A stretch of DNA of 64,000 bases from Azolla caroliniana (lineage: Eukaryota; Plantae; Polypodiophyta), in assembly GCA_043228905.1 (NCBI GenBank), contig JBHGNT010000006.1, positions 15,810,001-15,874,000 on the forward strand. Direction: 5' to 3'. Each line of letters begins with the position of its first letter. Positions within the stretch are counted from its first letter, which is position 1. A program made the position numbers and the translations under genes. The notes below the pieces were generated by a model. The model worked only from the letters and a program-made list of their open reading frames with translations, was not told the DNA's origin and searched no databases. This document shows positions 23,801-36,700 of the stretch, piece after piece.

Positions 23801-26794
23801 AGCTCAATAGTTCCTTGTATAATGACTCTTATCCGCTTCATGAATCCGAACATCATTTATCTTCTTTACACCTACAACATTGATGGTGCCACAATCCAAA
23901 TCTTGAAGTGTTGTTGCACATCCTCTCGTAACGTCTTCCGTCACATGTTTTATATCCATCACGACTTTTGTGTCCGAAGCAAACTTGAAAGTTGGGTCTG
24001 TCTTCCCTTTTACTTTATCAACTTCTTTTGACTCAGGAGCATCCTTTTCCATCTCTCTTCTCTCTTGTTCTTGTGTCTCATGCCTTTTTGCCGGATCAAC
24101 CTCTTCAGCCATCTTCTGCTTCTCTTCCACTAGTACATCTTGTGCATTCACTTGGGTGAATATTCATAATGCATCTACCAGATCATTCCATCCAGTCAAG
24201 TTTCGTATTTCATCACATGCTCTTTTAAATTCATCCACTCGAACCGTCACTTTTCTTGCATACTCCAACACATCTTGCCAAGAGCCAGATCCATCATATG
24301 AGTCTTCTACGCACAACCCTAAGGTTGTGTCAGATTGTATTGCTTGAATTGTTTTTATTTCAACATCTTTCATTAGCTTTTTAATTCCACCTTGCCCGAA
24401 GTTGAGTAAGAGTGGTTCTTGAGTCTCGGTTTAGTGAATCTTACCATCTTGATAGTATATTTTATCATGATTAAGAGCATCCCTATGTTCATGATAGTCT
24501 TTCTTCTGGTGGTCGAGACTATCGCACCACATACACCTTTGGACAATGCCACCTCCTTGCCTTGACGGAGTTGACCTTTGTCCCGATTCCAGCTTCGCCA
24601 CTTTGATGGACAAGTCTTTCATACCTTTCACCAATTCGTGCAAGAGCAACACTTCTACTTTCTTTTCTCTTGACTCATTCCCCGTTTCTTCTTCATTTCC
24701 CTCCGGGAACTCCATAAACCATAACTTTCTTTTACAGAATTGGGCACAACCCCTTTATACCTCCTCCCAGTCTTCGGTAAGACCGCTTGGACTATTTTGA
24801 TCTTCCAGAAGCATTCCCAAGTCCTTCCTATCTTTAATATTAGTGGCTTGTAGAAACAATAATACTTTATCTGGTATTAGTATATTTCTATCCCTAAAAT
24901 TTAATTGCTCAACTCTTTCAGAAAACTCTTTTAATAGTTCTAAAACACTTAAACGTTTATCATACTCTACCCAATCCATGAAAGCTCTCCTTCTCATCCT
25001 TGATATATCATTGAGGTTGTATTCATTGAGTAATGCTCTTTTGAAAGCCACCAATGTCCTTCTATAGCTCCCGAATCCTTTCTCAAAGCCCAATCGCAAC
25101 AACTCGGCTAAAGCTATTAATTTTTGCGGCCTCACTGACACCTCGTTTAAGCATCTCTTCATTGTACATCTTCAAACACATTTTAAATTCATACCTTTGA
25201 AAATTCCTACTTGTGCAAGAATATTGTTGACAGCTTTGTGGATGCTTGTCATCATCCCTTGCTCCCACATCATTCATTCCATCATCGTACACATCAGCCT
25301 CATTTGCTCCACCATTTTTCCTTGTCGCCGCCTTCACGTTGGGTTCACCAAATATGTCCAGGTAGTTGTGGTTCATGTGGCAAAGTCGTAGGGACTAAGG
25401 TTAATGGGAGTTTGTGCAAGTTTTTATAAGGCTTGTGCGGCAATGCCACAAAGATTAAGGATATAAGGAATAAGAGTTAAAAATAATGTGCGTGTGAGAG
25501 AGAGAGACGAGCATAGATAAGAGACAGAGACAATGTACGATTTAAAAAGCAAGAGTATATGATATGAACATGATTTATATTAAGAATACAAGATTTTACC
25601 AAATTTACAATGCTTGATCGCAAGATGAAACTTTTCTCTACCAAAAATCCGGCTGGAACCCTCGACTTAAACGTTGAGAGATAATAAACTTCACAAATAA
25701 TATACCTTGTTTGTCTGATTATTTAATTTTCTAACTTTCCCTTGATTGATTCCCCTTTTTTCCCTTTCCTCTCTTGTGGTTCGTGTTGCAAAGTCGCATG
25801 GACTAAGGTTAATGTTAGTTTGTGCAAGTTTTTATAAGGCTTGTGCGGCGATGACACAAAGATTAAGGATATAAGGAATAAGTGTTAAAAATAATGTGTG
25901 TGTGAGAGAGAGATGAGCATAGATAAGAGACAAAGACATGGTAAGATTTAAGAAGCAAGAGTATACGATATGAACATGATTTATATTAAGAATACAAGAT
26001 TTTACCAACTTTACAATGCTTGATCGCAAGTTGAAACTTTTCTCTACCAAATTCCGGCTTGAACCCTCGACTTAAAGGTTGAGAGATAATAAACTTCCCA
26101 AATAAGCTAGCTTGTTTGTTTGATTATTTAATTTTCTAACTTTCCCTTGATAGATTCCCCCGTTTCCCTCTCCTCTCTTTATAGGTTCTCTCATGCATAT
26201 GATGATATGAGGGTATCTGGAATGCATGTGATACATGATCGCCATTTGGCGCACATGCATTATATGTGATGCATGATAGCCATCATGCTCATCTAAGCTA
26301 TAATGTATGAAAATCATATGTCATAAATATGATAGTGGAAATATAAATATAAAAAATAACTTATCCCAATGGTATATAGTTTGTACTTGGTGTGTGAGGT
26401 TATGTGCTCAAGCGTTTGAAATGTTACTCAATACAATATTCAAGTTTATTTTTATATAGTGAAGTAAATCCTTTATGACACCGGCACAATATCACAACCA
26501 CTAGTCCCTGTTCGAAACTCAATTGCACAAAATTGGGTCCTTTCCGTATCTCTAAGTGTATCAATCTTGTGGCTTACCGGCTTGACCTTCCACCCCACTA
26601 TCGCATCCATGATGTTTTTCATGTATCCCTCTTGGATAGTTTACCACCCCTCTGTACTTCCCGACCGGCAACCCGCTCGACCATCGCCCATCGAGTTGGT
26701 GTCTAGTGATGAGTACAAGGTTGAAGAAATCCTTGACTCCAAGCTTCTGCGTAGAAAACTCTATTATCTGGTACGCTAGAAAGGATACCCGATA
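20850..26794 (+). mobile_element. Tcn1-like chromovirus E pol remnant (RT end, RNase H, integrase, chromodomain), split by F and L; last codons at 57058-57076
   Basis: ETDASNFAIGAILSQ...HPVAYY...YDKELVAI, AGHFGVAKT, HPQTDEQTE, IHDVFHVSL. The chromodomain EYKVEEILDSK...YYLVR*KGYPI continues as SEATW after L's 3' LTR. Confidence 0.85.
22563..26480 (-). mobile_element. Ty3 element F (D/G-like, Trp PBS), gag-protease only, non-autonomous
   Basis: LTRs 22563-23285 and 25355-26480 (the latter has a ~410-bp internal tandem duplication). PBS TGGTGAACCCAACGTGAA on the minus strand at 25333-25350. CMWCDSLDHQKKD and IDHGSEIN motifs. PPT AAAGGGGGTGGG directly follows the protease ORF end. Flanks ATGG/CCGG. 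Confidence 0.88.
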
Positions 26795-27783
26795 TGTTAC
26801 GGGATGACCATATAATATCCCGTGGTGAAAATTTACCGTAGTATTCTATACACGTGGATAAAGTGTGAGGGTTAAACGAGAGTGTAAAGAAGGGGAGGAT
26901 TACTTTTAATCCTCGGGATTGACCCATTAAGCCAAGTGTGAACTTGCTTGGGGGCCTTAGGTCTGGCTTTAAATATGAGGCCTAGCTACCCTCATTTGAC
27001 ACATTATCAACTATGTCGAGACTCTGACATTGTGGTGGGTGAACTCTTGTAGTGCGCGCTCCAGCACCAGGTACGACTCCCTTTGCTGGTCGAGGCTCGA
27101 GTTTGTCTCGATCCCTTCGCTTGGGGGTGGTCGGGTGGATTGGCACCCTTCTTTCTCTGTCTCGTTTTTTATTTTTCTATCTTTTATCCTTATCTTATGC
27201 TTCCATTAGTAGCTAAGCTTTAACAATTGGTATCCAAGCCATGTTTCTAATGTTTCTTTTGTTGATTGTTTTTTTTCCTGTTGGATGACGATCGATTGAT
27301 GTATGATTGAGCTTGATCCAGATAGCTATCAACAAAGGAACTTCAGTAACTTTTTTTTTTTTTCCTATTCTTTCTTCTCCCAATCTAATCATGTATAATT
27401 AATATGTGTTTTCTTTCATTGATTCAATGATGTTGTAGTGGTAATTAATTGGTTGTATAGAATGTTTACATATGTCAATACCTCATTTGACATATATTTG
27501 ATATGGGATTCGTGTCGTATGCGTACGAGGTTAATACCTCAATTTCTATTATGTTCATGTACATATGTTACATATGCACATAATGTCAATACTTCGATTT
27601 CTATGTAAAGGATATGCGATTGGTGTCGTATGCATATGAGGTCAATACCTCTATTACGTTCACCCTTATTTTTGGATGTTTCGTGTGCATGGAGGCCATA
27701 TGCCTCGATTACGTATCTTGATTTACATCATTCGTTGGGTATGTGATGTTACAAGTTTTAAATATACGCATATCTAATCACAT

Positions 27784-30700
27784 TGTCTTGAAGATTTCCG
27801 GCAATAAGGGGAAACATAGCCAAATGCGTGTGAACGAGGGTGTGCACAAGTGCACCCCCTTTTTTACTAACATGTGTAAATACTAAGTAATGATAGGGTT
27901 TTGGTGATTACTAGGAAATTAGACTTTAATAGGTGTTTTAATATCATGCAGGTGGAGGAGAATAAAGGGGGGATAATGGGAGAAAATCAAGAAGAGAATC
28001 TAGAGGGACAATGAAAGGTCACTAAACCTGATGTAACGGTCGTCCCTTACGCTATAAATGGGGATATTCCTCCTCTTTGCTTGATTCCTTAGTTCAAGAC
28101 TCCTGTGGTCCTGCCCCATTTCTACGCATCCGAGCGGAATCTTGTGACATCTTTGGTGAGCCCGACGTGAAAAGGGGCGGCAATGGAATCCGAAGATGAC
28201 AAGAAGCGATCTCACCGAAGTAATGGAAGTGGCGGTAGACTGCCTGGTTAGCGCTCGCGAGGTGTAAAAACGAAGGTGCGGAAGCATTAGAAAACCAGCT
28301 TAGCCGGATAGCAACAGAGAGAGAGAGATTAACACATAGAAGGTACGCAAGAGAGACAGAGGTAGAGAGAGAGCAAAACAACTTAAATCTATTATAAACA
28401 ACTTTGTAAAATTCTCTATACATACAATGTGCTCAACAACACTATTTATACAAGTCCTAAGAGGACTAACAGAAGTATAGTGTACTTCAATGCTCACATG
28501 AGCGTCTGACACTAACTACGAGACATTAACTACCTAGTAGTCTAGGCTGCTACTAGGCTTCTGGTTACTGCTTGATCCGGCTGACTGCCTCCCCAGCTCA
28601 CCAGCACACTTGCTAACCGGCTCACCGATCCGGCTCACCCTTCCGTATGCCGATCCGGCTTAGGCTTATTCAGCCGATTCGGATTTGGTTGAGCTTGCCA
28701 CTCAACACTCCCGCTCAAGCTCAACTTGAGGTCGGATCATAGTGTCAGTCTCCATGGTAGCCGATCCTTCCACCTAGCTCCTTCTGGCGTCACTCCGCCT
28801 CACTCACGCTCCTCGTCTGGTCCGATCCGGTTTGCTGCGACTCTTCCGATTTTGCGCACCTCAACCTCCTTGTTCGGCTTGTCTGCTCAACAGGCCCAAT
28901 TCAGCTCCCTCGCTGCTGTGACTTCGGCGCTTGCCGATTCGCCAATTCCTTCGTGTTGGTGTCGACTTTCGCTGCCTTCTCGTCCTCTAGGCTTTGAATT
29001 GATCTGGTTCTTTCGAATTCGTCTGTTGAACCAAATCAGCTGTCTCCAATTCGTTCCAGATCTTGTCCGAACCAGTCGCTCCTGATTCGTCTTCCAGTTC
29101 CAGGCCCTTCACCACATCGGACCATGTTCGGGTCTTGGCCTTCTACTTCCAGTCGGCTCTGTCCTTCTTCTTGTCTCTCCCTTTGCTGGTTCTTCCCCCA
29201 CCAACGCAATCGGCAGTTTCTTTGCCTTTGCTCGTTCCGGTGTCTTTGCCCACTCTCCCCCTCAAGTGTGGCACGTCGAGATGCTGAACACCAAGCATTT
29301 CGTTGAAGTGCTGCAACTTGTCCGATCCTAGCTGTTTGGTGAAGATGTCGGCAACTTGTTGATCCGTATGAACATACCGAAGTTTGACTTCGTCGCTCAG
29401 GACACGCTCACGCACGAAGTGGTAGTGCACTTCTATGTGCTTTGTGTGAGCATGGAATACAGGGTTCTTGGCGAGCTGCATGCTGCTTATGTTGTCGCAG
29501 TAGATCAGGATCGGGATCGGCACCTCGATCCGCAGGATTTGCAGCAGTCGCCGAAGCCAAATGGCTTCATAGGTGGCAATGGTAGCGCCCCGGTATTCAG
29601 CCTTAGTGCTCGAAAGGGCCACTGTTGGCTGCTTTTTGCTACTCCACGCAACAACCGCGCTACCAAGGGAAAACATATAGCCAGAGGTGGATCGGCGATC
29701 CAATGCATCGCTGGCCCAGTCTGCATTGGTGTAGCCGACTAGCTCTTCGGTTATACCATGCCGGTATAATAGTCCCCGGTCCTTCGTGTCGCTCACATAT
29801 CGCAAAATTCGATGCGCGCATAGAAGGTGTTCCAGGGTCGGCTTCTGCATATATTGGCTGATCACGGCGACTGGATAACTAATGTTAGGTCGGGTGATTG
29901 TCAAATATATAAGGCTTCCGACAATTTGTCGGAACCGCTTCTCATCGCAGGCTAGTCCGGAGTCGGGACAAAGCTTCTAGTTCCGGTCCAGGGGTGTGGA
30001 GATCGGTCGACATTCCGTCATGCCGAACTTGTACAACATATTCAACACATAGTGTCTTTGTGAGAGAAATATGCCATCGGGGGTTCGGATCACCTTGATC
30101 CCAAGGAAATAGTGAAGGTCGCCCAGGTCCTTCATCTCAAATGCGTCTGAGAATTGGGACTTGACTCGGCTGATTTCATCGAGTCCAAGTCCGGTGATGA
30201 CTAGATCATCAACATACAACAAGATGCAAACCGGACCGTCTGGACCTTGCCGGATGAACAACAAAGAGTCGGACTTGGAGGCTGCAAACCCCATCTTACG
30301 CAACCGGTGCGTAATCTTCGCATTCCAAGCTCGGGGGGCTTGCTTCAAGCCATAAACTGACTTCTTCAGCCTACATACCGCCGCCATGTTCATCTTCGAC
30401 TGGAAACAGGGGGGTTGGGTCATAAAGACCTCTTCTTCAAGATCACCTTGAAGAAATGCATTCTTCACGTCCATCTGGTGAAGATGCCACCCCCTTGCCA
30501 CAACAACCACCAGCACCACACGAACCGTTGTCATCTTCGCTACCGGAGCGAAGGTCTTGTCATAGTCGATTCCGTGGGTCTATGCGTATCCCTTCACCAC
30601 TAACCGGGCTTTCTACCGGTTAACCGAACCGTCGGCATTGTACTTTACCTTGTACACCCACTTACATCTGATCGGTTTACAATGTTCGGGAGGGTCAACT

Positions 30701-33700
30701 AGGCCCATGTGTCATTGGCATCAAGTGCCCGCATTTCTTCCTCCATAGCGGCGCGCCAATTTGCGTTCTTTGCAGCCTCTGCGTAGCTCTCTGGCTCACA
30801 CTCTTCCGCCACCTTGGTCATATGTACGCATAGTGATGCGCCATGTACTCATTGTACCCATACCGCTTCACGGGGTTCTTCTGGCAAGAAGACCAGTGTA
30901 ATTTATCGTTACCCGGTTTGAGGCCCTTCTTGGCCGGTTCGGTCTTCATTGCCGAAGATTTGCCTTCTTCTTTTTCGGAGTCGGATCCGCTCCGATCCGA
31001 CTCACCATTGCCGGTCTCGTGCTCCGGCATCTTCCTCCTTCCCTTTTTCTTGTGCGTGAACCGTCTCCTCGGTTCCTTGCGCGGGGGGAACACGACAGAG
31101 TCTCCACTACTCACGGGTTCATCTTCCGACTGGTTTGTCTGACCCAGTCACCCGTTCGGGGCCTACTCAACCGAAACGATTCCGGACTCACATCTAGAGT
31201 CTTGAACCCTTCGTCTTCTAACTGGACCGGTTTAGGCTCATTAGTCTCATCCTCCGGTATCGGGGTCGGAAGTCGGAGCCGGTAAGGCATACCATGATGA
31301 CGTCTCATCAAACTCAACATTCTGGCTAACTCAGACCTACTTCGTCCGGGGGTCATAATACTTATACCCCTTTTGCTCATGCGAGTAACCGACCAGGATG
31401 CATTTCTCCAACTTTGATCCAACTTCCTCCACTTCTCATCCGGCACATGCACATATGCAATGCTACCGAATATCCGAAGGTGTCTCAAATTCGGCTTGCG
31501 CCCGAAATACAGCTCATGCACGAACAACTTTTCACTGATCCGGTTTTGGATATAGACGGCCGTCCGGACCGCCTTAGCCTAGTAGATATGGGGCATGCCC
31601 TTGCCGTGTCGACAATCGACCAATTCTTCCTTTCGGCCATACCGTTTTGCTCCGGTGTGTACCTGCAGCTGAATTCTCTCCAATTTCCATTCTGCTGCAG
31701 ATAACTGTTGAATTGGCCGGAAAAGTATTATTTCCTGCTATCCGACCACAGGCACTTGATCTTCCTCTCCGTTTCCCATTCAACTAGGCTTTGCAGGTTT
31801 TGGAAACACTCGAAGACTTTGCTCTTCCGCTCAATGAGGTAGATCCATGTGTGCCGGCTGTAGTCGTTGATGAAGGAGATGAAATATCGGTCAGTCCCCA
31901 TACATCTGAATGAATAAGGTCGAGCTTGTTACGGCTACTGTTTCATTCAGTGGGGAATGGAAGCCAGTGTTGCTTCCCAAGTTGGCAGGCTTCACATATT
32001 TGGACCTTCCAGCCACTGAACTTCGGCAAACCGAAAACAACTTGTTTCATTTGCAGGTCTTGAAGCCTCCGGTAATTGACGTGGCCGATTTGCTTGTGCC
32101 AGAGATCAATATCCGATTCAATCTTCTGTCCTTTGGTGAAAGACACGGTGCCAACGTCATTGGTGTCGAGGGTGAACATCCTCCCATCTCTGTGCCCTTG
32201 CGCAATAATCATGCCCTCTTCCTCGATGAAGCACCCAAGGTGCGTAAACTGCACCTGCATCCCCTGGTCAATGATCTAACCGATTGACACCAGGTTCTTC
32301 GTGATAGTCGAAACGTGTAATACGTTCATCAGCTTCCCCCTCTGTCTGACGTGGCTCAAAGGGACTTCTCTGATATGCACGATTGGGTGAGGAGTGTCGT
32401 CTCCGGTTTCGATGACTCCCGATTATTCCGGTTTCTCCAGGAAAGAGAACCACTCTTTGTGGCTTGTCATGTGATTCGACGCACCGGAATCAACTTACCA
32501 CACTTCCTCTGATTTGGCAATGGTCTTCTTCATTGAGTTAGCCTCGTGTTTCATCACCAAGGCTGGTCCTTTAATGGCTTTTCCGGTTTTGGATCGTCCC
32601 GATCCTTCTGCATAGTGCGAGTATTGCTGGTTCTCTCTGTCGGCCTTGCCGGATCCAAATCTGTCCGAATCGGCGTGCTTCTTCCAACACTCGCTTTCTC
32701 TGTGGCCCTTTGTACCACAGTACCAGCATTCCGTGTCGGCCTTTGCTTGCCGGCCTCCTGCGCCGCCTTGACTCCCCTTGCTTGTGGAGGGTCCGGAACT
32801 GTTGTCGGCACGTTCTCTGTGCTTTCGGTCCTACTCTTGCCTGCCGCTACCATTGCGAGCCGACCCGCCTCGTCCACCATGCCCACGGGGCTGATCCGCC
32901 TCCGTGTACAACATCCGGCTGTCGGTGGGTGCACTTGTTGACGCACCGGCGTGGTTCTCCTATACACGGAGCATCGATTGTAAGTCGAAAAATGATGGTG
33001 TATTCTCCCTTGTACATACCACCGTTTGGAACGCCCTGAACTTAGACGCTAAGCCCCCAAGACAGATCTACACCATCTCATCTTCCTCTATAGTGATGTT
33101 GATAGGGGCAACTGAGTCACAGATCTCTTTGATTCGGGCCGTGTAATCGGCTATTGACATGTCCTTTTGTCGGACATTGCTCAACTCCTGTCGGAGTTGC
33201 AGCTTCCGGGCCGTAGTACTTCCCGCGAAAACCTTCTTCAGGTTTCCCCAAGCTTCTTTTGGCGTCTTGGAAACTCGGACATGGCTCAGCAGTTGGTCTT
33301 CGACACTGGACGCAAAACAGTACATCACTCTGCTTGCCGCTTGTTCCCACACTGGAAAGTCCTTGTTTGCCACATCAGGTGTTGTGTCGCTAGCTCCGTT
33401 GACATAGCTCCAGTAACCATGCCCAAGTAGGTACTGGTGCATCTTGTATGACCAAGATGCGTAGTTGGATCTATCGAGCTTCTCCACCGGGAACAAGCTA
33501 GCTATTCCTCTGTCCATCACTTCTCTTTCTGTTCTTACCGGGTCTTAGGGTTTCTCTTCAGATGCTGATGTCGGCTGCAGAGGTTCTCAACCCTCGCGCT
33601 CTGATACCATGTAAAAACGAAGGTGTGGAAGAGTTAGACAACCAGCCTAGCCGGATAGCAATAGAGAGAGAGAAATTAACACACAGAAGGTACGCAGGAG

Positions 33701-36700
33701 ACAGAGATAGAGAGAGAGCAGAACAACTTAAATCTATTATAAACAACTGTGTAAAATTCTCTGTTCCTACAATGTGCTCAACAACACTATTTATACAAGT
33801 CCTAAGAGGACTGACTTCAATGCTCACACAAGCATCTAACACTAACTACGAGACATTAACTACCTAGTAGTCTAGGCTGCTACTAGGCTTCTGGTTACTG
33901 CTTGATCCGGCTAACCGGCTCCCCAGCTCATCGGCTCACCGATCCGGCTCAGGCTTGCCACTCAACAACAGGGCCATAAAAGCGACGGTCGACAAGATAG
34001 GCCGGTTTAATGGGAAAGACGTCTCGAGTTACCTGGAGGCCTACAGGGCCAAGATGCAGATGAGGAATATACCGGAAAATAGATGGCTGAAAGGGTTTCC
34101 TCAGGTCGTAACGCTAAGCATCCATGCGGAAGTGCTTGAGGTACAAGTGGACTGCTGTAATTGGGTGGACTTCAAGGGACAGATCCTCGAACGATACAGC
34201 TTGAAGGATTCACTGCCACTGTCAAAGAAAGATTTCATGGATTGGGTTGACAACCTTGGCAAAGGTCGGAACACATCGACGCATCTTCAGGAGTTCGAGT
34301 CCCGGTTCACACAACTCTCCACACTTGACCGAACCGTGCTTGACACGAGCAAGGCTCTGTTGTTTGTTAAGTCATTTGACTTGCTCGATTGCGATAATGT
34401 GGATGTCCTCTTGGAGACGAACGAAGGGCTCATGGTCGACTGGGCTATAGTCAAAGGAGTATGTGGCCGGATCAACAAACGACGAGACTGGAAAGTGGTG
34501 GGGTCCTCGAAAATCGGTCTGATGCCAGAGACAAGGGCCGAGTTGGCGCGGGATCATCCGCGACACGGCTCTAGAGGAGCTGATGAAGATGGTGCACGAT
34601 CTCCAAATCGCTCTGGCCCGAAGGGGCAACGGAGGCCAACTGTGTGACCGACAACCGCCGGTTAACCAAAGGTGCTTATGGTGTGATGCCGTTGGCCACG
34701 ACTGGAGAGACTATGCCGACTTTGGAGAAGCACTCAGAAACGACGTGGTGTGTCTTTGGAATGGCAGGGCACGTCGAGGCTATCCACTACTCGGCCTTGG
34801 CTAGCATCCGCGTGGGTGGAAAGGCCATTAACCCTAATGGAAACCCCGTATTTTGGCTGGTGGTACTAGAGACCTTCTCCGAAAGGAAGTTGAAAAAGGG
34901 GGAAGTAGACCGCGTGGAAAGACATGTACGTGATGTCACCGAATGCCAGAACTACGAGGTTCTAGTCAACGACAAGCGGGCCGGAAAGACCGGAGGAGCG
35001 GGTCCTTCGGGGAGGTATGACACCTAGAGCGGACCTAAGAAGAACGATGTCGCTCCAGGTGGATCTCAAGAAAGAGAAAAGAGCAAGGTTCCGCGCTTTC
35101 GGTTAAGCTTGGAAATCGAGAAAATGACAGACCTACAAAAGGTCCTAGAAGAGCAAATCCTCGATAGTCATGTAGAGCTCACACTAAGAGAAGTGATAGG
35201 CATAGCAAGGAGAGAGTTCCATGACGGCATCTTGGATCTCATAAAAAGGAAGCGGCTCGCGATAGAGCGAGAATCGGAGAAGCCGGTCGAGGTAAGGGCA
35301 ACGCTGCTCAACGAGGTGGCCGCGAGGACGAGCCTGCGGAAAGCCGCTACACAAGGCCACACTAGGCCAGAGCAACAACAGAAACCCCGGTTCGGATCGG
35401 GGATGTGAAGGAGCCAGTGGTGGAATTGATTGAGCATGGGTCGGAAATTAACCTAATGTCCATGGACTTCTACAAAAAGAGGAAATCGCCAATCAACACC
35501 AAGCATGGGTGGAAGATACGCGCGGCTACGCGAGCCACGGAGGAGCTACACAAGGCTTGCCCGAATGTCTGAGTAAGGGTCGGTGACGTCGAGATAGACC
35601 AACCCTTTTTCGTGCAAGAGACATCCTCTAATCCGGTCATCCTTGGCAAAACATATATCACAGCAGCGCGAATGGAAACCAAAGTGTTGGAAAATGATTC
35701 GGCCTATGCAAGGGTGAAGAGTCAGGACGATCGTCACTCTATTCAGTTCCAAGGAAGAATGACTCACCGCGCTTCATTCAGGACTTGCAACCGGTCAATA
35801 AAGTGACCATTCGCAATAGGGAGTCGGGCCGTCAATCGACGAATTCGCGGAGGCCTTTGCCGGAAGGTCCATATACTCGGTCGGAGACTTATACTCAGGG
35901 TACGACCAATTCCAACTAGCTGTCGAAAGCAGGGACATCACGACAATGCAAAATCCTCTTGGTGTAGTTCAAATGTGTACCCTACTGCAAGGAGGGACCA
36001 ATTCAATGGCGCACATGGTGAATGTGATGAACAAAGTATTGAGGGACTGCATCCCCGAGATCACCACGACATTCCTATCAAGGGGTGTTCAAAGGACACA
36101 GAACGAGTCGATTAGAGAAAACTGATGCCGAAAGTTTGTCACGGACCACATCTCTGACTGCGAGAAGATACTACAGAAGCTTGAGGGCACTCGAGTTACC
36201 TTCTCCGGGGAGAAATCGGCTTTCGGGTAGCCGAAGATCTTAGTGGTCGGCCACCTGTGCGGGCCATATGGCCGAAAACCGTCCCCAGCGAAGGTAGAGG
36301 CCATCTCGGCCATGAATGAAGAGTGTGGATCCATCATGGAGGTCTGACGGTTCTTGGGACCATGCGCTTTCTATCATATCTGGATTCCGGACTATGCACA
36401 TATCGTCGAGCCACTCTACAGCTTGCTAAAGAACGGTAGGAAATACAAATGAGACGAAGCAGACACAGAGGCGGTCCAGAGACTAAAGGAAATGTTGACG
36501 GCCGCACCGGCTCTACGGAAAGCCGTCTACAAACCAGACACTCTGGTTTACATCACAGTGGATACCAGCTCGACTGGAATCGAATGACGCGTGTTTTCCC
36601 ATCCGGTTCGGTGCGAAGGTGTTAAGCGAGTAGTAACGAAGATACGCCCAACTCAAGCGCAAACTATGGGGTATCGTTTCGGCGGCTAAGGTCAACAAGG

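Noticed and set aside
27450-27720. ~110-bp degenerate tandem repeats
   Set aside because: Ordinary repeats in the 5' UTR of element L.
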